Shown here: positions 35,518 to 43,444 of the stretch, one piece after another
How positions within the stretch are numbered: position 1 is the stretch's first letter
How the letters are laid out: each line of letters starts with the position of its first letter
DNA from: Candidatus Woesebacteria bacterium RIFCSPHIGHO2_01_FULL_38_10
GTDB lineage: Bacteria > Patescibacteriota > Microgenomatia > UBA8517
Direction: 5' to 3'
NCBI GenBank assembly: GCA_001792215.1
Contig: MGGC01000040.1
Location: forward strand, 3,653-61,070
DNA: 57,418 bases
Translations under genes and position numbers: made by a program
Notes under the pieces: generated by a model
Database searches by the model: none
Told to the model about the DNA's origin: nothing
Seen by the model: the letters and a program-made list of their open reading frames with translations, nothing else

Positions 35518-36585
35518 TTATAATTCTTTAAATAAAGCATCATATTTTTCAACTATTTTATCCAACGAAAATTTCTCAGCTTGCTTGCGCGGCCTAACAT
35601 TCCAGTCCGTGCATAATGCCTTTTGAACTGCTTCTGAACATCTTTCAACATCAGTCGGGTCAGTCAAAATTCCTGCGTCCCTTACGATTTGAGCTCTTAT
35701 CGGATCATTATTAGCAACAACCGGCAGATTTGTTGCCATTGCCTCCAAAAGCACCATTTCAAATGAATATTCTGGTCTTGAGGCGGATGTAAAAACATCG
35801 ACTGACCGATAGACAGAGGGCATCTCATCAAACTTAAACTTTCGCAATAAAAACCGCTTTCCCAAAACTTTTTTTCCAAGATTGTCCAACTTTTCTCTTT
35901 CAATCCCGTCACCTACCACCAAAAGACTTGCTTTTTTTAATTTTGAAACTGCTTTAATTATAAGATCAACCCTTTTCGTCTTTTCCAGAGCAGAAACACA
36001 AAGAATAATAGGTTTTGCAAGTTTAATTACTTTCTTTACTCCTTGAGGCTTAAATTTATCAGAATCGACTCCGTTTGGTATATAAACAGTTTTAACAAAC
36101 GGGTTAATTTTCTTTGCCCAATTTTTTACCTGGGTCGACAAAGCAACAAAACAATCAGGAAAAGTCCACAGATTATTGGCATCATCCCAACCGATCCCGG
36201 CGTGCCCAACAATAATCATCTTTTTTCTTTGAAGCCAAGTTAATAACCTCATGAAAGCTGGTTGCCAACCACCGTTTATTGGAATTAAAAGGTCATATTT
36301 TCCTTTAAACAAAACCGGAATTACTTTTAGACTAAAAAGTGCAATCAACCTGCTCTTGTAATCGATAAACAACCTTCGTGTCAGAATCCCTGGTGAATCT
36401 TTTTTTTTCCAATTTATAGAAATATTTGTAGAAACGACTTTATATTCTTTGCTCACTCCTGATGGCCCGTTTTGAAAAACGCAGACTTCATGACTTTTAG
36501 ACAATCTGCTAGCAAATTGAAGAGTCCAGTTTTCTGCTCCACGTTCCAGGTACCCGCAATAAAAAGATAATATGGCGATCTTCAT
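35518..36585 (-). CDS. GT4 glycosyltransferase
   Basis: 355 aa. C-terminal SFEMVLLEAMATNLPVVAN motif. Confidence 0.8.
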   Translation of the reverse strand: MKIAILSFYCGYLERGAENWTLQFASRLSKSHEVCVFQNGPSGVSKEYKVVSTNISINWKKKDSPGILTRRLFIDYKSRLIALFSLKVIPVLFKGKYDLLIPINGGWQPAFMRLLTWLQRKKMIIVGHAGIGWDDANNLWTFPDCFVALSTQVKNWAKKINPFVKTVYIPNGVDSDKFKPQGVKKVIKLAKPIILCVSALEKTKRVDLIIKAVSKLKKASLLVVGDGIEREKLDNLGKKVLGKRFLLRKFKFDEMPSVYRSVDVFTSASRPEYSFEMVLLEAMATNLPVVANNDPIRAQIVRDAGILTDPTDVERCSEAVQKALCTDWNVRPRKQAEKFSLDKIVEKYDALFKEL

Positions 36586-36604
36586 ACCGCTTTTATACTT
36601 TATA

Positions 36605-36660
36605 CCCTAGGGTGTCGTATCTTTTCCACCCTTGGGGTGGTTTGTCCTTGACACCTCAGG
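36605..36660. repeat. Hairpin repeat family 2, copy C (intergenic)
   Basis: CCCTAGGGTGTCgtatcttttCCACCCttgGGGTGGtttgtccttGACACCTCAGG. It is the reverse-complement homologue of 19968..20022. Confidence 0.65.
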
Positions 36661-36663
36661 TCT

Positions 36664-37365
36664 TCAGTCCACAAACCTATACTTAATTAACGTCCACAAT
36701 GCAATAAACCCATCTCTCCACGATATCTTTTTGCCATCACTATAACTTCGGGGTTTAACTTCAATAGGAATTTCACAAATTCTCTCGCCCGCTTTTAACA
36801 ACTTTGCGGTTATTTCTGGTTCAAATTCAAACCGCTTGGCTTTGATCTCTATGTCATCAAGAACAACTCTCTTAAAAACTTTATAACAGGTTTCCATATC
36901 GGTTATACTTGATCCAAATAATAAATTTGTTATGAAAGTTAAAGTCTTGTTTCCAATGTAATGAGTAATCAAAGGAGTCTTTCCCTTTCCGAATAACCTA
37001 AAAGGATAATTTACCAATCTACTTCCGTATACAACCTTTGTTTTCCCTTCAACTATCGGTTTTAACAACCGAGCATAGTCAGAAGGATTGTATTCCAAAT
37101 CTGCGTCCTGAATCAGGACAATATCGCCAGATGAATTTTTAATTCCGTTTCTAACGGCCGACCCTTTGCCTTTATTGACTTTATGGCTGATAAGCTTAAT
37201 GCCTTTTTGTTTCTTAAGAATCTTGGCGGTTCTATCACTAGATGCGTCATCAACCACGACTATTTCCTTCTCGACACTTACAAGCTTTTCTTTTTTAACC
37301 CTATTAATAACCTCGCCAACAGTCTTTTCCTCGTTATAAACCGGTATAATTATGGATAATTTCAT
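36664..37365 (-). CDS. GT2 polyprenyl-phosphate glycosyltransferase (Dpm1/GtrB-like)
   Basis: MKLSIIIPVYNEE, VVVDDASSDRT, IQDADLEY. The ATG at 37365 forms an ATGA overlap with the upstream methyltransferase stop. The track start at 37416 adds 17 unlikely residues. Confidence 0.85.
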   Translation of the reverse strand: MKLSIIIPVYNEEKTVGEVINRVKKEKLVSVEKEIVVVDDASSDRTAKILKKQKGIKLISHKVNKGKGSAVRNGIKNSSGDIVLIQDADLEYNPSDYARLLKPIVEGKTKVVYGSRLVNYPFRLFGKGKTPLITHYIGNKTLTFITNLLFGSSITDMETCYKVFKRVVLDDIEIKAKRFEFEPEITAKLLKAGERICEIPIEVKPRSYSDGKKISWRDGFIALWTLIKYRFVD

Positions 37366-38060
37366 TTCTTTTCCCCCACTGCCAAAACTGAAAGTCCCAT
37401 GGGTAGTTTGATACACTCTTCCAGAAAAAGGAAGGGCTTTGAGATAACATTAAAAATCCTTAATTGGTTTTGGCTGATAACTTTCTTCCTAAACACCTTA
37501 GAACTCAAAAACCAGCCCCAAAGCCCTATAAAATTCAAATAACGTATTAAGCTTATCCTAAAACCTGTTTTTCCTAATTTAACCTTAAGATCTTTTTTTG
37601 AATATCGCGTAATATGTCCCAACTCTCGGTCAAGGGTTCCAAAAACCCATTGGTGGGCAGGTACCAATAATAAAAGTTTTCCCCCTTTTTTAAGTAAAGC
37701 GTAAGTATTTTTTAATGCCTTTGCATCATCTTTTACATGCTCTAAAACATTAAGACAAATTATGCAATCAAATCTTTTCCTTTTTCCAAAAAAATACTCT
37801 CCTTTTGCTATATCTCCATAACCAACCGATACATCTTTTGCAAATCTTTTCGTCAACTTCTTTAGGTAATATCTGTCATAATCTATAGCCGTAAGAGCGC
37901 CCCTTTTTTTAAGTAAACAAGTAAAATTCCCGATCCCTGACCCCACTTCGAGCATCTCGCCTCCAAGATATGAATAAATTAATGAAAAAAGCCACTGGTT
38001 ATACCAACCAGCTTCTCTCATTATCCCCAGAGTATATTCGCCCGGCGAATCCATTTCCAA
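37362..38060 (-). CDS. Class I SAM-dependent methyltransferase
   Basis: 232 aa. Motif I MLEVGSGIGNFT, then DCIICLNVLEHV. Confidence 0.8.
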   Translation of the reverse strand: MEMDSPGEYTLGIMREAGWYNQWLFSLIYSYLGGEMLEVGSGIGNFTCLLKKRGALTAIDYDRYYLKKLTKRFAKDVSVGYGDIAKGEYFFGKRKRFDCIICLNVLEHVKDDAKALKNTYALLKKGGKLLLLVPAHQWVFGTLDRELGHITRYSKKDLKVKLGKTGFRISLIRYLNFIGLWGWFLSSKVFRKKVISQNQLRIFNVISKPFLFLEECIKLPMGLSVLAVGEKK

Positions 38061-38121
38061 TATTTTACCTCAATACTCAACTAATTGACTAAAGCAGTCT
38101 TGAAAGAGCATTATAAATTAT

Positions 38122-40038
38122 ATGTGCGGAATTGCTGGAAAAGTTTACTTGGGAAGCGGCACTGTCAATTCTTCGGATTTAAAGAAAATGGCTTCAAATA
38201 TCGCTCATAGAGGACCCGACGATCAGGGAATCTATATATCGCAGGATAAAACGGTTGGATTAGTTAACAGAAGGCTGGCAATTATCGACTTGACACTGAC
38301 CGGACATCAACCTATGGGTCTCAAAAACCGATACAGGATAACCTTCAATGGAGAAATATACAACTTTCAAACTGAGCGTAAAAAAATGGAGAAAGAAGGT
38401 TATCGATTCGAATCAGGAACCGATACCGAAATAATTTTGGCACTTTATGATAAATATCAAAAAGGTTGCTTGAAATATTTAAGGGGAATGTTCGCATTCG
38501 CAATCTTTGACGAAAAAGAAAAAACCCTTTTTTTAGCCAGAGACAGGATCGGCAAAAAACCCCTGAAGTACTATTGGGATGGAAATGTATTTATTTTTGC
38601 CTCGGAACTTAAGGCGTTTTTGGACCAAAAAGAAATCCATACAGCCCCTGATTGGCTGGCAATACATCATTACTTGACATATGGTTATGTTCCACCACCC
38701 CAAACCGGCTTCGAAAAGATTTATAAATTGGAGCCGGGAAATTACCTTTGGCTCGACATAAAAAGAAAAAAATTCGAGAACAAAAGCTACTGGAAACCCG
38801 ATTTTTCTGAAAAACTGCATTTATCAGAAGGTGAGTGGTGTGAAAGAATAATAGCCGAGCTGAATGAAGCAACCAAATTAAGAATGATTGCCGACGTTCC
38901 CATAGGTGCATTTTTATCGGGAGGAGTGGACTCCTCATCGGTAGTTGCAATAATGGCTTGTTTATCTGCCAATCCTGTTAAAACCTTCACAATAGGTTTT
39001 AAGGATCAAAAAGACGATGAAAGACCTCACGCAGAAAGAATTGCAAAATTGTTTCACACCGATCATCAAACCCTTATTGCTGAACCGGAATCAATAGAGG
39101 ACCTCCTGCCCAAATTGGTTTATCACTACGAAGAGCCTTACGCAGATTCAAGCGCAGTTGCTACCTACATGGTAAGCAAACTGGCCAAAAAATATGTAAG
39201 TGTAATATTAAACGGCGACGGAGGAGACGAAAACTTCGCGGGATATGACAGGTACTGCAGGTTAAAGAGAGACACCTTGATTGATAAATTTGGATACTTG
39301 ATAAAACCAATAGGATTACCATTATCAAACTTTTTATCTTCATCAACCAATTCAAAATTTTGGAAAAAAGGTTATAAATTCTTAAAAAACTCTGAATTAC
39401 CTTTGGCTTATCGGTTCGCCACATACAATTGCTACTTCAAGAATGAAGATAAAGAAAGATTATATTTAGTACCATCAACTGAGAAACCCCTTCGAGCGGC
39501 CAAACGACCTCCGAGGTGGATATCAAACTCCTACGAACTTATGAGAAAGAAGTTCGAAGAATCACAGGCAGCTGATCCAAGAGACCAGGCTCTTTATGCA
39601 GATCTCAGCATGTATTTTCCTGAAATGCTTTTAACTAAGGTTGATATTGCAAGTATGGCCGTTTCACTCGAGGCTCGATCTCCATTTCTGGACCATAAGA
39701 TGATTGAACTTGCAGCCAAAATACCTTTTAACTTAAAAGTAAAAGGCTTCTGTCAACACAAATACATTCTTAAAAAAGCAGTCGAGGAATTAATCCCCAA
39801 AGAAAATATTTATCGTCCAAAAATCGGTTTCACGATTCCCCTACATAGATGGTTTACTGGGAAACTAAACTCGTACGCGACGGGCAAATTACTTACAAAA
39901 AAAGGCACTGTCAGAAAATATTTAAACGAAGATTATATTCGCGGAATGCTAGAAACCCACAGCAAACAAACTGATTTCGGCCCAAAACTTTGGTCTCTCC
40001 TTACCCTAGAACTCTGGTTTAAGAAGTTTTTTAACTAA
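38122..40038 (+). CDS. asnB: Asparagine synthase (glutamine-hydrolysing) family amidotransferase
   Basis: 638 aa. N-terminal nucleophile MCGIAG and PP-loop SGGVDSS. The only plus-strand gene in the window. Confidence 0.9.
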   Translation: MCGIAGKVYLGSGTVNSSDLKKMASNIAHRGPDDQGIYISQDKTVGLVNRRLAIIDLTLTGHQPMGLKNRYRITFNGEIYNFQTERKKMEKEGYRFESGTDTEIILALYDKYQKGCLKYLRGMFAFAIFDEKEKTLFLARDRIGKKPLKYYWDGNVFIFASELKAFLDQKEIHTAPDWLAIHHYLTYGYVPPPQTGFEKIYKLEPGNYLWLDIKRKKFENKSYWKPDFSEKLHLSEGEWCERIIAELNEATKLRMIADVPIGAFLSGGVDSSSVVAIMACLSANPVKTFTIGFKDQKDDERPHAERIAKLFHTDHQTLIAEPESIEDLLPKLVYHYEEPYADSSAVATYMVSKLAKKYVSVILNGDGGDENFAGYDRYCRLKRDTLIDKFGYLIKPIGLPLSNFLSSSTNSKFWKKGYKFLKNSELPLAYRFATYNCYFKNEDKERLYLVPSTEKPLRAAKRPPRWISNSYELMRKKFEESQAADPRDQALYADLSMYFPEMLLTKVDIASMAVSLEARSPFLDHKMIELAAKIPFNLKVKGFCQHKYILKKAVEELIPKENIYRPKIGFTIPLHRWFTGKLNSYATGKLLTKKGTVRKYLNEDYIRGMLETHSKQTDFGPKLWSLLTLELWFKKFFN

Positions 40039-40070
40039 AAGATTCTGTAAATATTTTTGATTGAGATATT

Positions 40071-40868
40071 TCACTTTTGCAAAACCAAAACCAGGTGAGG
40101 ACCCCAAAGGGTGAATGGAAAGATTCCCTTTTCAGCCAAAAATCTAAACAATCTTTGCTGAATTTTAACATCTTTCTTTTCTTCTTCCCAACACACCGAC
40201 CAGACTTTAACAGAAAGTCCAAAGGATTTTGAAAAAGGAATAAGAGTTCCAATGTACGGCTCTATGCTGGTGTCATAGTCCGACTCATGCTCTTTTGGAT
40301 TCTCCATCGGCTGGACTTCATTCCAAAGAAGTGAGAATGAATTCGAAAACGGATAAACTAAATCGCCCAATAAACCCTTAAAGAACTTGCTAACCCTTGA
40401 TCCTTTGAAAACCGGCGATGCTCTGTTTGGAGCGCCATAATTCGGCGCTGCAAAAACCAGGTAACCGCCCTTTCTAGTAACTCGAATCGCCTCTCTTATT
40501 ACTTTCTCGGGATTTGTAAGATGTTCCAGCACAAATGCGCAATAAACTAAATCGAAACTGTCATCTTCAAAAGGCAGGTTCTCAAGATTGGCTCTTTTGA
40601 AGGTTAAATTAGAATAAGTTCTTCTGGCTAAACCGATCGCAGTCCTGCTGATGTCAACCCCCACCCCCTTTTTCCCTTTAGCAATAATCGAAAGCCTTGT
40701 TCCTTCCCCGCAGCCCAAGTCAAGAATGCAGGAAGAATTTTCTGCAAGCTTTTCCAGCACTTTGATTCCGAAGTGACTCTTGTTTAAGCTCCCTTCCTTG
40801 GCAAGCTGATAATAATATTTACTTTTCCATACCTTCAAAGCTTTGCCCTTAATATCCTGTCCTCTCAT
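40071..40868 (-). CDS. Class I SAM-dependent methyltransferase
   Basis: 265 aa. ILDLGCGEGT, FDLVYCAFVLEHL, KGGYLVF. Confidence 0.8.
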   Translation of the reverse strand: MRGQDIKGKALKVWKSKYYYQLAKEGSLNKSHFGIKVLEKLAENSSCILDLGCGEGTRLSIIAKGKKGVGVDISRTAIGLARRTYSNLTFKRANLENLPFEDDSFDLVYCAFVLEHLTNPEKVIREAIRVTRKGGYLVFAAPNYGAPNRASPVFKGSRVSKFFKGLLGDLVYPFSNSFSLLWNEVQPMENPKEHESDYDTSIEPYIGTLIPFSKSFGLSVKVWSVCWEEEKKDVKIQQRLFRFLAEKGIFPFTLWGPHLVLVLQK

Positions 40869-41730
40869 ATTTAAAGATCCTCCTTTTTATTAACTTTAAC
40901 GGCCACTCTATGTAAGACCTTAGTTTATATTCTTTCGACCTTCTTTCCCAAGGCGAAGGGACAATATCGGGTTTTGGCCTGAAAAAGACCTCCGGATAGT
41001 AAAAATCATGTGGAAAGTTTATTCCCAAATCGAACTTAAACTTGACATCTCTTTTTGGTACATAAAGATCGTTTTGTCGGGTAGAAGAGCGTATAACATT
41101 TGTGAAATGCAAATATCCCAACCCCAGATGTTTTCTTTCTTTTGCTGGTCGATTTTGTATCAAGACTCCGCCCTTATCATAAAGGCCAAGTTGACCGTGT
41201 GGTTTGTCAAAATGAAGGCCTTTAATTTTTCTATTTACTGCTCTTATATTAAGATGTCCTCTAAGACCATCTATTTCGTACATTCCAGCAACTTCTTCCT
41301 GGTAATGGTAGATGTCTCCAATAATATTGGAATACCTATTTACTATCGATTCGACTCTGTTCCCATTTTTACGGATAGTCTCTACCAGTAATGATATTGC
41401 AGAATCCCACCAAACCTCGTCTCCATCAACTATCACAAACCAATCAGCTTCTGTTTTAGCAAGCATCTCTTGCCTAGCTTTAGTGAAAGATCTAATATCC
41501 ACCTCACCAAATTCTCGAAAATCGATCTTATCAGGATACAATTTTCTAATCTCATTAATTATTTGAACAGTATTATCTGTGCTGCCTGTATCCCAAATTA
41601 AAATCCGATCTAGATGTTCAATAACACTCATTACTGAAAACCAGATATAGCGCTCTTCGTTTTTAACTAAGGTATTTGCCCAAATTTTCATCTGTCGATA
41701 GCCTTTTAGTTTGATTTTGTTTTTGTACAA
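40849..41730 (-). CDS. GT2-like glycosyltransferase
   Basis: 293 aa. LVKNEERYI...IWDTGSTDNT...IVDGDEVW. The start is probably the ATG at 41691 (MKIWANT). Confidence 0.65.
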   Translation of the reverse strand: MYKNKIKLKGYRQMKIWANTLVKNEERYIWFSVMSVIEHLDRILIWDTGSTDNTVQIINEIRKLYPDKIDFREFGEVDIRSFTKARQEMLAKTEADWFVIVDGDEVWWDSAISLLVETIRKNGNRVESIVNRYSNIIGDIYHYQEEVAGMYEIDGLRGHLNIRAVNRKIKGLHFDKPHGQLGLYDKGGVLIQNRPAKERKHLGLGYLHFTNVIRSSTRQNDLYVPKRDVKFKFDLGINFPHDFYYPEVFFRPKPDIVPSPWERRSKEYKLRSYIEWPLKLIKRRIFKYERTGY

Positions 41731-43016
41731 ATCTTTCTCAACACCCAGATTAATGGAACTATAAAATTAAATATCTGTCCCAGCAAAACTGTTATTGCAG
41801 CACCGGTTGTGCCATTCACTGAAATCAGATTCCAGCCTAAAAATCCCACTAAAATCATATTAGTGATTGACAGATAAAAGAAGAACTTAGGATAGGAAAA
41901 ATAATAAATGATGGCCATGTGAACCGGAACAGAAATAAGAAGGACAAGCATCCCAAAAAACAAAATTAGAAAGGGAGTCGTTGATCCCAGATAGGCTTTT
42001 CCATAAATAAGGGGTAAAAGTTGTGTGGCAAAGGGGACAAAGAATAGAGCGAGTATTGCTATTCCTAAAACCATAATCTGAACCTTTTTCATATATTTGA
42101 CTAGCTCGCCGATTGTTGACAATCCTGCCATCCTTGGTGCAACAACAGTTGAAATTGCAGCTACGCACTGGGGCACTATTTGAACTAATTGAACTGCCGC
42201 AGAGTAGATACCAACATCAGTTGCGCTTAAAAGCCGGGCAGATATAAAAGTATCCAGTCTTGCGCCAATTGCGCTAGCAATTGAAAAAAGAGCCACCCAT
42301 TTGTTATAAGCGAAAAAGTCTTTGACAATACTTCCTTCGTTTTTCACCTTCCAAAATTTAACGGAAAGTAAATTTAATCCAACCAAAAATCCCATAAATG
42401 GCACAAGTGTATAAACTAATAGGGCATTTTTTAATCCTAAAATTCCCAGACTTATAAATAGAAAAACGATGAAAAGTCTCAAAAAATTAGTTCCAATTTG
42501 GATCAGACTCCATTGGATAAATTTTTGAAAAGCCTGCAAACTTGAAATTACAAAACTGAAAAGAAGATACGAACCTACCCCGACAAACGCAATCTTTAAA
42601 GGTGCTGCCAAACCCTCTTCTGAAAAAAGCAAATCTGCCAGATCTGAACTTCCCAAAAAACCAAAAATTAAGACTAGACAGATAACTCCTAACTTAACTT
42701 TTAACCCTAATTTCAGAAACCGTTCTGCCTTTTCTAAATTCTGACTTGCGTACTTACCCACAAATTTCACAATGCCTGTATTCGTACCCAAATCGCCGAT
42801 GTCTCCGACCAAAGTAAGAGTTGTAATTGCCACTATCATTAATCCAAAGTCCGAAGGCCCCAAATAACGCGCAGTAACAATATAAAAGATTGCGCCCAAT
42901 CCTCCATTTATCAAAGTTCCTACTGAAGTGATTACCGACTGTCTAAAAGTCGCTGTTGCAAAAACACCTGAAGCAAAACTATATGCCGGAATTCTTGTAA
43001 ATGCTTTCTTTATCAC
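41706..43016 (-). CDS. wzx: Wzx-like oligosaccharide flippase (MOP superfamily polysaccharide biosynthesis protein)
   Basis: 436 aa, ~12-14 TM segments. N-terminal TARYLGPSDFG motif. Confidence 0.7.
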   Translation of the reverse strand: MIKKAFTRIPAYSFASGVFATATFRQSVITSVGTLINGGLGAIFYIVTARYLGPSDFGLMIVAITTLTLVGDIGDLGTNTGIVKFVGKYASQNLEKAERFLKLGLKVKLGVICLVLIFGFLGSSDLADLLFSEEGLAAPLKIAFVGVGSYLLFSFVISSLQAFQKFIQWSLIQIGTNFLRLFIVFLFISLGILGLKNALLVYTLVPFMGFLVGLNLLSVKFWKVKNEGSIVKDFFAYNKWVALFSIASAIGARLDTFISARLLSATDVGIYSAAVQLVQIVPQCVAAISTVVAPRMAGLSTIGELVKYMKKVQIMVLGIAILALFFVPFATQLLPLIYGKAYLGSTTPFLILFFGMLVLLISVPVHMAIIYYFSYPKFFFYLSITNMILVGFLGWNLISVNGTTGAAITVLLGQIFNFIVPLIWVLRKICTKTKSN

Positions 43017-43183
43017 TAACTGAAATTATACATTTTTTGGAAGTAAATGAAGAAATTAAACATTATTCACAAAGTGGGGCAGTATAATTATACTCAAATC
43101 CCTGAGTTCCAGTTTCGTTTCAACCTTCAAGGTTCAACGTCAATCAAGGCCGAAGAACTTATCTAAATAAAGTTTAAATCTAA

Positions 43184-43366
43184 TCAGATTTCAGCTTCTT
43201 TTCTTGACTGTTCTACTTTCTTACCATTAAGGGCTTCTATATTCTCTTTCGCTGGGACACCAACATCCTCTCCACCTTCATCTTCTTGTTTTGGGGTGAG
43301 AACTTCAAAAATCTTCTCCCAAAAATGTCGAAAATTTCCTCTATATTCTATATCCACCAGTTTCAC
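43184..43366 (-). CDS. Possible small acidic protein (57-60 aa)
   Basis: GAGAGGAG immediately precedes the GTG start at 43366, and the second in-frame GTG lies 9 nt further downstream (my reading of the reverse complement). No family, low-complexity charged C-terminus, isolated between long intergenic gaps. Confidence 0.25.
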   Translation of the reverse strand: MKLVDIEYRGNFRHFWEKIFEVLTPKQEDEGGEDVGVPAKENIEALNGKKVEQSRKEAEI

Positions 43367-43444
43367 CTCCTCTCAAAACAGTATAGCAATCTCGTCTAAC
43401 TCACACTTATACAAAATATAGTCGTGTAGTTCAATTATAAAGTA

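Noticed and set aside
38533-39424. Five minus-strand ORFs (61-113 aa) inside asnB.
   Set aside because: They are antisense shadows of a gene with unambiguous AsnB motifs (MCGIAG, SGGVDSS).
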